Source of the DNA: Octopus sinensis | Taxonomy: Eukaryota | Assembly: GCF_006345805.1 (NCBI RefSeq) | Contig: NC_042999.1 | Location: forward strand, 94,860,001-94,924,000 | Length of the DNA stretch: 64,000 nucleotides | Direction of reading: 5' to 3' | In this document: positions 1 through 12,086 of the stretch, piece by piece | How positions within the stretch are numbered: position 1 is the stretch's first letter | How the letters are laid out: the number at the start of each line of letters is the position of its first letter | Position numbers and translations under genes: made by a program | Notes under the pieces: model-generated | What the model was told of the DNA's origin: nothing | Databases searched by the model: none | The model's input: only the letters and a program-made list of their open reading frames with translations

Positions 1-929
1 ACTGTACCTCAAAATTGAAGCTCCGGTCATGCTGGTGGGGAATCTGGAGCCACCACGTATGTGCAACGGAACACGGTTAGTGGTAAAAAAATGTGCTGCC
101 TCATGTTATTGAAGCATGAATTCTTACGGTTTGCGGCATCGGAGACGTCTTTATATCCAGGATACCTTTTACTCCATCAGATAAGCAATGCCTCTGTTCC
201 TTGCGTAGACTTCAGTTACCTCTTCGACTTTACTTTGCCACGTCCATCAAAAAGTCCCAAGGCCAAACACTAACAACGACAGGCCTCCATTTAGGCTAAT
301 CATGCTTCTCGCACGGCCGAATATACGTCGGATGCTCAAGAGTCGGATGCCCCCCCCCCCAAAAAAATCTTCGTGTTTACCCCGAAAGCCAAAACGAAAA
401 ATGTCGTCTACCGTGAGATGCTGTAGGCCTTCTAACATACCGCACCTTCCCTACCGAACCGGTTTATGATGAGTGAGTACTACTGTGGCCATTCTTGCAA
501 AATTACTTGTTTTTCTCCAGTCTTTTTTATTATTTTGTTCACTGTAGCTTCTCAATATCCTTGCAGATGGCTTGAGTTTTTGCATCACTGAACCCACTGT
601 TTTTCATGTGAACGAAAAGGACGTTTATACCTGTGAACGGTTAATAATCCTTTTCAGGGCTATTATGAGAACGATAACACGGCCCCTTTCAGGGACACTT
701 TACATTCAATTATTGCACCCCCTGCGATGCTCTTGTGGCTTTTCCAAGCCTATTCATCCTATTGCTACTACATTATTTTGGTCTATGAAGAAAATCACTT
801 CTTCCACAATGTCAATGTTTGCTACTTAACGCAAGAAATACTCAGAGATGTACAGCGAAAAAATGGTTGAACCTATTAAGATAATTGCCGAGTACTTAGT
901 ACCCGAGCAACGCCGGATACTCCTGCTAG
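1..929 (+). mobile_element. 3' end of a formerly autonomous Helitron, truncated by the window edge
   Basis: Helicase C-terminus at 2-426; 3' terminus ACCCGAGCAACGCCGGATACTCCTG-CTAG|T (GC-rich subterminal motif, CTAG at 926-929 followed by T), the typical Helitron end. Confidence 0.88.
2..426 (+). pseudogene. Helitron RepHel PIF1-like helicase C-terminal remnant (frameshifts and stops)
   Basis: Manual translation across frames: LYLKIEAPVMLVGNLEPPRMCNGTRLVV, VIEA*ILT..GDVFISRIPFTPSD, RRLQLPLRLYFATSIKKSQGQTL, CFSHGRIYVGCSRVG, TKNVVYREML*; these match the PIF1/Helitron helicase motifs. Confidence 0.9.
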
Positions 930-1484
930 TATGTAACAAATGTCCTCGAAAAAATATAATTGTTCAAATTAATATTTCACCTCCTTTCAAAAGCGATTAA
1001 AAGAGTCCGACTTATGATTTACACTACGACTTCGTAAAACCAGCCACGATTACACAAAACAGACCCATGGGTTGGGGGGTGTCACCGAATGGTCAAAGGT
1101 GTCATCCGCCAGGAGCAGGGAATCACCAACAATTGGAGGGAACAGTGACGGGATGTTACAGCGCATACCCCCATACTACTACTACTACTATTACTACTAC
1201 TCACGCTTCGTGATTACTATTAAAGGTAATTGCAAATCTTTATAAAATAATGAAATTATCGGTGAGATTATCGTGTGGAAGGATAACGCGAAATGATTTC
1301 AATTTTACGTATTACATCAGTGATCAATCAAACTCGTACAATGATGTCTATCTTTTCTTGTTTGATTGAGATATCAGCTCCTAATGGATCTTTAGACAAG
1401 CTGTTGTGAGATAACGCATATCTTAGACATTTTAAACCTGGCAGAGGTTATGTTTCTTGATCTCCATGCAGCTGCGTTTTTAAG

Positions 1485-1898
1485 AGACAAAGAGAATGAA
1501 AATACAGAAGAAGAAGGGGAGAATGAAGGGGAGAAGAGGAGGATGAGCATGAAGATAAGAAAGAGGAGGAAAATAATAAAGCAGGAGGGAAGAAACAAGA
1601 AGAGGAGGAAGAGAATGAAGAGAGGAAGAGGAGGAGATAATAAATCGGAAGGGAAGAACGAGGAAGCGGAGGAAGAGAATAAAGAGGAGTCGAAGAAAAA
1701 GGAGGAGGAGGAGGAGAATGTAGGGGAGGAAAAGAATAAGCATGAGGAGAGGAATTAAGTGGAGGAGAAAGAGAGGAAGGGGAGGAGGAGAATAAAGTCG
1801 AGGGGAAGAAAAAGAGGTGGAGGAGTAGTAGGAGATTGAAGAGGGTAGAAGGTAAAGGGGAGGAGGAGAAGGGAATGAGGAGGAGGAGGAGGAGGGGG
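1485..1898 (+). repeat. Purine-only (GGA/GAA) low-complexity tract
   Basis: Almost exclusively G and A; produces spurious E/K/R-rich and L/F-rich ORFs. Confidence 0.9.
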
Positions 1899-2946
1899 GC
1901 GTCTCCAGCGCTAGGACAATTTTGACTTGTGGTTTGAACTCAGCGCAGAAAGATGGAATGATTACAGATATTTATGCAATAACGTAAGGTACTTCTTCAA
2001 ATCGCCGCCCTTATTTCCTATATTCATTGTAAGAATTCAGCTCACATAAATTTTACACTGAAGATACTACTAACAATTGTGAATTGTTTCATTATATTGC
2101 ATTAACTTACAGCTTGATGGGTAGGTCAGATTTCTGAGAGATGTATTTCAGCAATAGATTCATTGCAATACTAGAATCAGGATTCGAACTACCAACTGTT
2201 TAATTATCATTCGCAATGCACTTTCATTTTGGATGTCTTATATTCATATTATTACACAATAATATCCTTCCTATTTCAGAAGAAACATTAGAACTCTTTA
2301 TGGTTCATAATGATTTGGATGAGAAAAATATTTTCTACATCAATAACTACTGAAAACATTCATTAGATGATGATATAGAATATTCAATTACGGGCATGGA
2401 AATATGAGAACCTTGAATTAGATATTCAGAGTATCCAATTCAAAGCCTACAGAGGAACAATTGTATCAGGCAATAATTTAGAACAACGTAAATATGTATT
2501 AGTAATATTGTTGGGTACAGTTATTCGAATATGCCGCTTAATCATCAATAATGTTTCAAAAAAAGAACATTTTATGTATTCTCGTATCCAATGTCATTAG
2601 AAACTACGAGATGATTTGACAATGAATCCATATAATTGGAAAGGCATAAAAGTATTGTTTTGTGTCTCCTAGTTGAATGAAAGTGGTATGTGAATATAGA
2701 CGAAAAATATGCAAGCACAAACACACACACACGCATTTTATATTTGCATATTTGATCTAGTACGTTTGAAATTTGAGCACATCGTTGGATGCAGGTTTCC
2801 AACGAGTGAGTAACACACTTAATATTCCTGTGAGTGTGTGTGCCTGAGTGTGTATTTTTGTATGCATTCATGCATATGTGTGTGAAACAGAGAGAGAGAG
2901 AGAGAAGGAGAATGATGAAATCCTAAAATGTCTGAAATATGATATA

Positions 2947-3251
2947 GGCGTGGAGGCACATGGTCTAGGGGTTAGAGCAGCGGACTCGCGGTCGAGGGAT
3001 CGCGAGTTCGAATCTCAGACCCGGCGATGTGTGTGTTTATGAGCGAAGCACCTAAGCTCCATGCGGCTCCGGCAGAAGGTAATGGCAAACTTCTGCTGAC
3101 TCTTTCACCACAACTTTCTCTCACTCTTTCCTCCTACATCTTGCAGCTCACCTGCGACGGACCGGCGTTCCGTCAAGGTGGGGAACTTATACGCCCAGGC
3201 AACCGGGAAACCGGCCCTGATGAGCCAGGTATGGCTCGAGAAGGAACAAAC
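2947..3251 (+). mobile_element. tRNA-derived SINE
   Basis: tRNA-like head with A-box TGGTCTAGGGGTTAG and B-box GAGTTCGAATCTC, followed by a non-tRNA body and a GAAGGAACAAAC end. Confidence 0.75.
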
Positions 3252-3260
3252 ATGATATAT

Positions 3261-3482
3261 GTTTCTTTATTACCCACTAGGGGCTAAACATAGAGGGGAC
3301 AAACAAACGAATTAAGTCGATTACATCGACCCCAGTGCATAACTGGTACTTAATTTATCGACCCCCGAAAGGATGAAAGGCAAAGTCGACCTCGGCGGAA
3401 TTTGAACTCAGAACGTAACGGCGGACGAAATACGGCTACGCATTTCGCCCGGCAAGCTAACGGTTCTGCCAGCTCGCCGCCC
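3261..3482 (-). mobile_element. tRNA-derived SINE, family A (Nin/Deu-domain-like)
   Basis: Minus strand reads GGCGGCGAGCTGGCAG...GAGTTCAAATTCCGCCGAGGTCGACTTTGCCTTTCATCCTTTCGGGGGTCGATAAATTAAGTACCAG; many copies in the window. The Nin/Deu-domain assignment is from recall. Confidence 0.85.
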
Positions 3483-3734
3483 GATGTAGGCAAAATTTTA
3501 CAACTTAACAAATAAACTTCATTTACAAAGTTTAAATTTACTCTAAATCACATTTCTTAAACTAGCCCTTGAATGATGATTTCGGCGTAGAACCTCAGCC
3601 TTTATCTGCTACGAGATCGAATCCAACGGTTATAGCCGACTATGATACAGCGTTTCAATGCAAAAACATTTGACCTACCGTGCATTGACATCATTCATAA
3701 GCCATTGGTGAGCTTTCACATTGATTTTGTGTGA

Positions 3735-4545
3735 GATATGTATGTGTATGTATATGTGCATATATAAATATAAACGTATATATATATATATATGTGTGTG
3801 TGCGTGTGTGTGTGTGTGTGTGTATGTATGTGTGTGTGTGTGTATGTAGATATGGGCATATATACATACATATATAGATATGTAAAGCTACTTATCGAAG
3901 CGATATTCAGTACATAGATAAGGCTAGACATTTCCGTAGCCAAGTCTTTCAGGTTTTAGTGTGTACAAATGTGTTAAATATAACTTCACGTAAATGTAAT
4001 CATTATTGCTTTGTGTGCCGCCATTTAATTAATTTCAATTTGATAAAGCTTTGCACCCATCAGCAAGTTTGTCGTTTTCTGATTAAATATAAAACGGCTT
4101 TTCATAGCGAGCGGATTCGGTTTCCGTAGCTAATAAAGATTTACGACGCAGAAAAACGTATCCTACGGTCAGATGATTTCACTCAGAACCGAATACTATT
4201 TTATACTCATTGTCAATAAGGCTATGAGGAGAATTTCTGTGTAAATAAAGTATCCATAGCGAAGGTCTTTCCACGATTGAGTTTACTCTCACATGCTAAC
4301 TAAAAATTTACACCTATATTTCAATCATCACAGCTCAATGTGCCTCTAGATAAATGTACATACATACATACATAAACATATATATATATATATTTATATA
4401 TGTCTTTGCGTGTGAGTATGTATGTGTGTATGTATATATGTATATGTGCATATATAAATATATACGTATATATATATATATATACACATATGTGTGTGAT
4501 GTGTTTGTGTATGTAAATATGTGCATATATACATATATAGATATG
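3735..4545. repeat. Two AT/GT/TATG compound microsatellite blocks (about 3735-3880 and 4335-4545)
   Basis: Direct reading. Confidence 0.9.
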
Positions 4546-5759
4546 TGCAGCTAGACATCGAAGCGATATTCAGTACATAGATAAATTTATAAGTATGGCA
4601 TATGTCATTGCACCACTATGAAATAGGCTTGCGGTATTAATGGATAGTCAGGCCCATCTTGTTGTTTATAGATTATTTTTACACACCTTAGATACTATAT
4701 CTTCGCTGTTCATATCTTTGAGAAAGTATGATCAGCAGAAAATACATTTCTCATTCTCTCTAAATGTCAATATATGATTCTACTTTGGATTGTTCAGCAG
4801 GATACCACAGCATTTTTTTTCTTATCATAATACACTATTACAATGCCGTAGCAAGTCTGCTGTGAATACGAAACACTAATGTTTAAAATATCATACATGT
4901 TCCTATGTAAATAGGAAAAGAAAACATTTACATATTACCATATAACAGATGAGGTATTAATTCAAATGCTTATCACAACTCCACACATAAAACATGATAA
5001 TAAGCTGTTTATCACATTGCATACTATGAATATAATATATATATTCCTCATATTCTGCAAAAACTACATCAAGAAAGATTTATTTGTATGTTTGAGCATC
5101 TCTCAAATCAGTATATCCGACATCAGTAAGAAATTATGAAATCAGCTACGAAACACTTGTTCGTGCATAAAATATACTTCCTCACAGAATTTGAATTATT
5201 CAACATAAGGATTAACCAAACTACATTAGATCATACAGTCATAATATTGTTTAGTCATTGCTTGATATATCCTCTGATGTCATAAACGTTTATTACGACG
5301 CCAATTTTTCAGACTATCAATCACATGATTTATATATGTATCTACCATACTACTTTTTGATAGGTCTGACCTCCAATAATCTTCAAGTGGTCGATATTTA
5401 CGTAAGTAGTTGATTATATGTGCAGTAGATATTATGAAAACAGGCGGCATATGGTTATATCCTTTTATGTTATGAGTTCAAATCCCATGCAAGGTCGAAA
5501 TGCATTTCCAATTCCAAGTTCAATAACCTAAATCCGAGTTGAAAGGAAACTAGATATTGGAGATCGATGTTATTGATAATACATTAGAAATCGTTACTCT
5601 ACCATATTTTTCAAATATTTACCTAAACACATTTAGCGTTCCCAGCAGGTAAATCTTGAGAGAAACCATTAACAGTTAAAATCATCTTAAAATGAGGCTG
5701 GCCGTTTGATCATTTTAATACAACACTAAAATGTAGAAAGACACACGTATTCACTTTCA

Positions 5760-5816
5760 TACACACATGCATACATCTATTCTTACATATATTCTTACAT
5801 ATATACTTGCATATAT

Positions 5817-5880
<64 letters not shown>

Positions 5881-6400
5881 GTGTGTGTGTGTGTGTGTGT
5901 GTTCGAGCACACTTGCCTATATGCTCCTGTATCTACTTATTTCTACTACAATCATGTATATAGTATTCATGTATTATCAATAGCACGAATAGATGTAAAT
6001 TTGTCATTTCTGAACATACGATTAAAGGGCAGATAACTGTATGCATAATGATTGAAACCAGAAAATGAATACATCTAAGTGTTATCTGGCATACGTAAAA
6101 TGTCGAACCCTCATGTATGTATGTATGTATGTATGTATGTATGTATGTATGTATGTATGCATGCATGCATGCGGTTTAATGCTCCATTAAGGTAAGATCA
6201 ACAAGATATCCCTTCCACTTTCTGCATCTACCTTCTTGTTTTTTTCTCCTGTGGAAGCATCTTGTTCTGTAAATTGAATAGACCATGTGCTCAGATTCTG
6301 GAGACTGCTCGGATATAGAAGGAATGTCATAAAAACCTACTTCTATCCTCGTCTTCAATGCAAAAAAACAAGAAATATATTAGTAGCTCTTATCTTTAAA

Positions 6401-6470
<70 letters not shown>
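5760..6470. repeat. Microsatellites: (AT)n(GT)n 5760-5905, (TATG)n 6113-6172, (AT)n 6405-6470
   Basis: Direct reading. Confidence 0.9.
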
Positions 6471-6474
<4 letters not shown>

Positions 6475-6727
6475 CACTGCACGACCCAAAAGTGACGATC
6501 TGGTACGCTGTTGGAAAACCAGCCGTCATTTTTGAAAACAATATTAGAAATGCTGTTACTGTGGAACTCCAAGTTTTACATCGGGATGATAAACAACTTC
6601 TTTGTGCCTGAATTGGATCTACAGATGTAATACCCCTGCATATCTCACATCTATTTTCCTTCTTCTATTTCACTCTCTATTTTATATCTTATCTAGAATA
6701 AATATTGCTTAATCATTTTCTCAAACC

Positions 6728-6775
6728 GTCTTCGATGAAGGGATATATAAAATTACCCGGAAACAGCTGTAAGAC
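6728..6775 (+). ncRNA. Minimal type I hammerhead ribozyme-like motif (PLE-type), mutated core
   Basis: GTCT-[TCGATGA]-A-GGG...CCC-G-GAAA-CAGCTG-TA-AGAC: helix I GTCT/AGAC, helix II GGG/CCC, palindromic helix III ACAGCTGT, GUA cleavage triplet; the core reads UCGAUGA instead of CUGAUGA. Confidence 0.6.
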
Positions 6776-6990
6776 ATTCTATTTATAAAAGTTCTAAAAT
6801 CTTTCACAGCCTTAGTCTTTTATCTCATTCTGAATTTTTTTATATATATACCCACGCTGATATATAGCCTACGTTGGTTTCCTCATTCGCATAATCACCG
6901 AACCTGGATCTTAACTATAGTCTGTCCATAGCACTTACTCAGCATTACCTGACACCTTTAGGTCTTATTGACACCATTACCTCTCATAAC

Positions 6991-7072
<82 letters not shown>

Positions 7073-7199
7073 TACACACACACATACATACATACATAAA
7101 TACATACATAACATACACATACATTCGGTTATCCAATGAATAATATGGTTCTTTTATACTTATTTTATTTTTCAAAATCGAAATAAACAAAGTTCTTTT

Positions 7200-8076
7200 T
7201 TAATCTAATATATACTCTCCTTCATTTTCTACAATGCACTCCCATCCATCTGTAGATTTGCAACGTCTCTCTTCCAACATTCACTTGTTCCTGACGAAAA
7301 ATACTCCTGTAGCATTGTTCTGACCTCGTCTACACAATTCATATTTTTTCAAATGATTTTGAAGACTTTGGAATACATGATAGTCAGACGGAGCAATGTC
7401 CGGCGAATATAGTGGGTGAGGAATCGTTTCGCATTCAAACTGCTCCAGCCTTTGGAATGTCATCTTTACTGTATGTGTGTGGCCGAGTATTTATCTTGAT
7501 TGAACACCTTTCGTCTTGAAACCAAAGAAGGTAGTTTTTCTTCGAACGCTAACTTAAGCTGCTCAAGCTGCTCTCAGTAGATCACCTTCGTTATCGTTTG
7601 GTTTTAGTTTAAAGGTTCAAAGTCGACTGAACCTTTCATATCCCACCACATAAATAATAACACCTTACAATGGGTAAGACCGTCTTTAATGTAGAGTGCC
7701 GATGTTTCTCCTTTCCCTACCAACTGTCTTCGGCGCTTGACACTTTTATAGAGAACCTATTTCTTGTTACCAATCACTATTCGGTCCAAAAATTGTTCAT
7801 TCGTGAGACGTGACAGCAAAGAAGAGTATACATTCACTCTCTGCGCACGATTAGAGTAGGAAAGTTTGTGAGGAACCCATTGATCCAGTTTGCTGATTTT
7901 TTTTCTAGGCTATAGTTTCCAACTCAGAATTTCAGGAACCACCGTTGACACTGGCTTAGGCTTATTGTCCGATTCCCATATATGGCATTAAGATACTTCG
8001 CATTTTCCGTTGCGCTGTTGCTTTTATTGAGCTCATAAAGCAAAATATTCCAAATATGCTCCTTTGTCACTTCCAA
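7200..8076 (-). pseudogene. Mariner (DD34D-type) transposase remnant, internally deleted
   Basis: N-terminal HTH (EVTKEHIWNILLYE...YGNRTISLSQCQRWFLKF), WVPHKL motif, HPLYSPDIAPSDYHVFQSLQNHL, C-terminal RWECIVENEGEYILD*; no TIR pair found by eye. Confidence 0.92.
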
Positions 8077-8789
8077 TATAGCTTTGAAAAATAACTGTTA
8101 AAAGCGAACTGCATTCTTCAAAACACTTGCACTAAGAATAAGTATATCGTTTCCATATCCGCCTTCTTTCATTTTACAATTTACAATTACATTATGAATT
8201 CAAAAGGTAGAAATATCTTCCAGGCTAAAATCGACATATTTCTTTACATCCTAATAGTTGATTGTTCCTTATAGACTAAGATAGCAGCATGGGTTTCGTT
8301 TGTATGTGTGAGTGTGTGTTAGCATTTTCTCCTTTAATCTCAATTGCCCTATGTGTCCTTTTTCTTTATGTATGTGTGTGCATCAGCTTATTTGTCTCTA
8401 GAAATTTTTCTACAAATAGACCTCTCCCTCTTGAATTCATAATACAATTGCTAATTGTAAAATGAATGAAGGTGGATATTGAAACGATCGTAGCTCTCAT
8501 GTAATCGACAGTTATGTAGATATGTTGATTTTGCTGTATTCAAATTCTCCAATTACTTTATACTATACTACTAAACTTATATTCTCATATATCAAATCGG
8601 ATGAAAACGTTTATTCTGGCTAATGGAAGTCCATAATGCGTATAGTACTAGTGTCTATTAAACAATTCTAATAAAAATACAGAGAAATAAAATCCAGCAA
8701 ATTCACAGATATATGGATAAACCGGAGGAAGCTAGGATATAAGACATCTCTAGAAAGAGTGATCTCTTTCATTACAAAACCTCATATAT

Positions 8790-9380
8790 AACAAGGGTGG
8801 AGCTGTGGTCTGGCACGAAAACCTCTACAAGGCTGAAGCTCCCCGCCAACTTCAAGACACCTCCTCCTATTACCCTCTGCCCTCCAACCCTACACCTACC
8901 TACCAACAAACTGTGTCCTCCACTATCCAAGCCCTTTTCTCCTCCTTCCCTCTTCCCTCACCGCCTCCAGCTTCATTATCCGTAATCCTCGCAGCGCCGT
9001 TTCCAACAGTTCTGTCACCTCTGTCGACATTTCGGTCAACATACACAACTCCGCTCTCACTGCTTCCATCCACTACAAAGATACCCACTCACACTCATAC
9101 CGCAACTCCTTCTCCTTCCACCCTACCCACATCAAGCTCTCCATACATCATTCCCAATTCTTCCATCTGCACAGGCTCTGCAGTGACAACCACTAACTTT
9201 GAGATTCAGTCTCAAATCATGGTTCACCACTTCATCCTTCGTGGATATCCGCTCACCGCTATCAACACCACCCTTGCCAGAGCACTTCTGTGGACCGTGT
9301 CCCTGCTCTCTCTCCCCGCACCCGCCCCACCTTTGACCGACTCCTGTTTCCTCTCACGTACCACCTCTCCACCCTGCCCC
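8790..9380 (+). mobile_element. Penelope-like element RT fragment
   Basis: QLQDTSSYYPLPSNPTPTYQQTV (PLE RT N-terminal region); S-x-HP-x-H-x-K-x-SI, SQF..L.RLCSD and FEIQSQIMVHHFILRGYP (PLE post-RT domain). Confidence 0.8.
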
Positions 9381-9389
9381 TAAAGCACT

Positions 9390-9712
9390 TAGGCTACATA
9401 TGTTTCCTAGTTAGCAAATCCTCTGATGTAATAATTACTCGAGGGGTACTCAGCTAGCTACTCACGAGACCGAATAATTATATGGAAGTTACATTGTTAT
9501 TAAGGAATTCAATATTAACTCGCCGAAGATATAATTTCAAAAATTTCCAAATTTTTGAAATTATATCTTCGATATGTTAACTTTGGATTCCTAAACGACA
9601 ATGTAACTTCTGTATAATTAAAATATTTTTGGTCTCGTGAGTAGCTAGCTGAATACCCCTCGAGTAATTATTACATCGGAGGATCTGCTAGCTAGAAAAC
9701 ATATGTACCCTA
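9390..9712. mobile_element. Fold-back / MITE-like palindromic element, about 320 bp
   Basis: Left and right halves are reverse complements with scattered mismatches; perfect 23-bp arms at 9524-9546 and 9549-9571 around a CC spacer. Confidence 0.85.
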
Positions 9713-9749
9713 GATTTTACCTACTCCACTCACTCAATTTGGATATTTA

Positions 9750-10195
9750 TTCTCGTGGCACGTAAAATACTCCAATGCGACCGTACGACAGGCACCCATG
9801 CCAACCCCCTTTGCTTGTGAAGACATGTTGGGGCAAGCGAAATCGAAATCGAATTGAACCAGCCAGGATCCCTGGTCTGGTGGTACGTAAAAGGCACTAT
9901 CCGACTCGTGGCCGATGCCAGCACCGCCTCGACTGGCTTCCGTGCCGGTGGCACATAAAATACTCCAATCTGGCCGTTGCCAGCCTCGCCTGGCACCTGT
10001 GCAGGTGTCACGTAAAAAGCACCCACTACACTCACGGAGTGGTTGGCGTTAGGAAGGGCATCCAGCTGTAGAAACATTGCCAGATTAGACTGGAGCCTGG
10101 TGCAGCCTTCTGGCTTCCCAGAACCCCGGTCGAACCGTCCAACCCATGCTAGCATGGAGAACGGACGTTAAACGATGATGATGATGATGATGATT
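9750..10195 (+). mobile_element. SINE-like repeat with four internal GTGGCACGTAAAA modules and a (GAT)n tail
   Basis: Modules at 9755, 9880, 9948 and 10005; 3' end AACCCATGCTAGCATGGAGAACGGACGTTAAACGATGATGAT resembles an RTE-type tail (recall). Confidence 0.75.
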
Positions 10196-10902
10196 CATAG
10201 CAACTGAAGTTGCCAATCGTGAGCGATAAAACATTTTCTTTTTCAGCTTATCGATCTTCAACATGGGTAAAGCCTAAAACCCCCGACACCAATAAATTGT
10301 TATTGTTCCAGAACGTGTTTTTATACCTACAACGGACTGTCTGAAACTTACAAACATTTTACTAACAGAGAATAGGTTCTAGAGAAGGAATATGAAAATA
10401 TTAGTGCCTGTTTCTGCTTCCTGACTGGAAATAATTATTTCCAGTGAATTTCTTAATGCAAATTTCTTTAAATATGTTAGCTCTAACATAGTTACTTCAA
10501 TAGTTCCCAAACTTAATTATCTTATTTGATGTGAAACATATTCACATTATAGTATACACTTAATATATCATCAAAAATATTTTCTGAAATATTTTCTAAA
10601 AGATACAACTGAAATTTATTTTGTTATATGCTTATATCCTTCTTGAATCCAGAGTGCTACAATTTTTTTAAAGTTTTAAAATATTTTCAAATTTTATCAC
10701 TCTCGACTCCGAATGGCTACATTATATATAACGATAAGATTTATCATTTGAAAAAAGTAAAATCTAAATTGTCACATATATATTCAGTTTTTTATTAATA
10801 TGTTTGAAGTTTCATTTTCATTTGCTATAAAATGTTTCTTTTACATATTTACATATTTATCTTCGAAGAGTAGATCTGACACCCTTTCATTTTATTTTGC
10901 AG

Positions 10903-11074
10903 GAGTGATTGAGTCCTCAAGAACGCAATTTAAAGCATAAATAGAAAACGAAAAATATTGCAGTGAAGTGCAATATCCACTTCAGCGTCACCGTCATCGT
11001 CTGTTTCCACCATTTTAATATGAAGACGCAATGTCTTATACTTGGCGTGAATATTTGAATTAATAAGAAGGAAT
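10903..11074 (+). other. Candidate non-coding exon (172 nt)
   Basis: Acceptor TTTCATTTTATTTTGCAG and donor GTAAGT; all three frames contain stops. Confidence 0.3.
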
Positions 11075-11844
11075 GTAAGTACGTTATCTTTATCCTTATA
11101 CATGTTCATTTCTGTGCGCGCGTGCGTGCGAATTAATGTTTGTATTTTCAAATATTTACTTAAAATATTTAACCATCTCAACAGATACGCATAAATCTGA
11201 CCCATTTACAATCAAATTCATCTCAGAATTATGCTGGCAGTATGAACTTTTTGACACAAAAAGGCACGCTTGCATTTACACCCACACACTTTCATCGAAA
11301 CATATCTTACAGCATGCACGCTTGCATATATACATTAAACACTACACACTTCCTTAGCAAACGTGTATATATTGCTTCTCTCTTATCAATTAGAAAGACA
11401 AACATAACGTTATCATTGGTGAACATAGAACTGAATGGCAAATGGCTATTTACATTCCTGATAAAGTGAAATGTACGAATATAGGAACTTCATATTATTC
11501 TAATAATTATATTACACCTTATATATTTACTCGGTATATATTTGTACTTTTTACTTTGTTTAAAATTTATACATTTGAATAACTAACAAAGCTTGCGAGG
11601 AAATTAAACTGGTCATAGTTTTCTTACGATTTAATTGCATTTGTTTCTTTTAAAATAATATTTATTGCTCTTCGAAAAAAAAACGTTTTTCTCGGTTTTG
11701 AATGACTTCATCAACCATTTTTCTAGGATAGTACACATGAGTCGTAGTGAATTTTATTCCATTTTCTTCATTATTTTAAATCAGTAACCTTTCAGGTTTC
11801 TTTACAAGTTCGAGAACTAACTGTCACATACATTTCTATACCTA

Positions 11845-12086
11845 AGAGAGGAGGAATTATGTACATTATTTACATTCGACGGATATTTGTCCTCATCTTG
11901 GGAAAATTTCGAACCTGGGTCTCATTCCTAAGGTATTTTTGATGTTGTTGTTATTATTATTATTATTGTAGTTGTTGTTCTTGTTGTTGTCGTTGTTCTT
12001 CTTCTTCTGGTCACTGCTCGGAATCGAACTCGGAATCTTGGGGTTAGTAGCCCGCGCTCTTAACCACTACGTCATATGCCCACGGG
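11845..12086 (-). mobile_element. tRNA-headed SINE with internal (AAT/AAC)n; left member of an inverted dimer, lacking the hammerhead module
   Basis: Minus strand: GGCATATGACGTAGTGGTTAAGAGC (A-box), GAGTTCGATTCC (B-box), microsatellite, CCTTAGGAATGAGACCCAGGTTCGAAATTTTCCCAAGATGAGGACAAATATCCGTCGAATGTAAAT. Confidence 0.8.

Noticed and set aside
1392-1758. E/K/R-rich 102-aa ORF and its antisense L/F-rich ORFs
   Set aside because: Produced by a purine-only simple-repeat tract; no splice or homology support
2947-3020. tRNA gene
   Set aside because: A- and B-boxes are present but there is no acceptor stem; the sequence continues into a SINE body. The same applies to the other tRNA-like heads
3205-3245. 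CTGATGAGCC..GGCTCGAGAA hammerhead-like string in the SINE tail
   Set aside because: The stem is followed by GAGAA rather than GAAA, and no helix I or III forms
6176-6358. Minus-strand ORF ending WKGYLVDL, like the iGluR S1 GYCIDL motif
   Set aside because: No donor site, and a stop follows within a few codons; the plus strand reads QILETARI, more like a decayed LINE C-terminus
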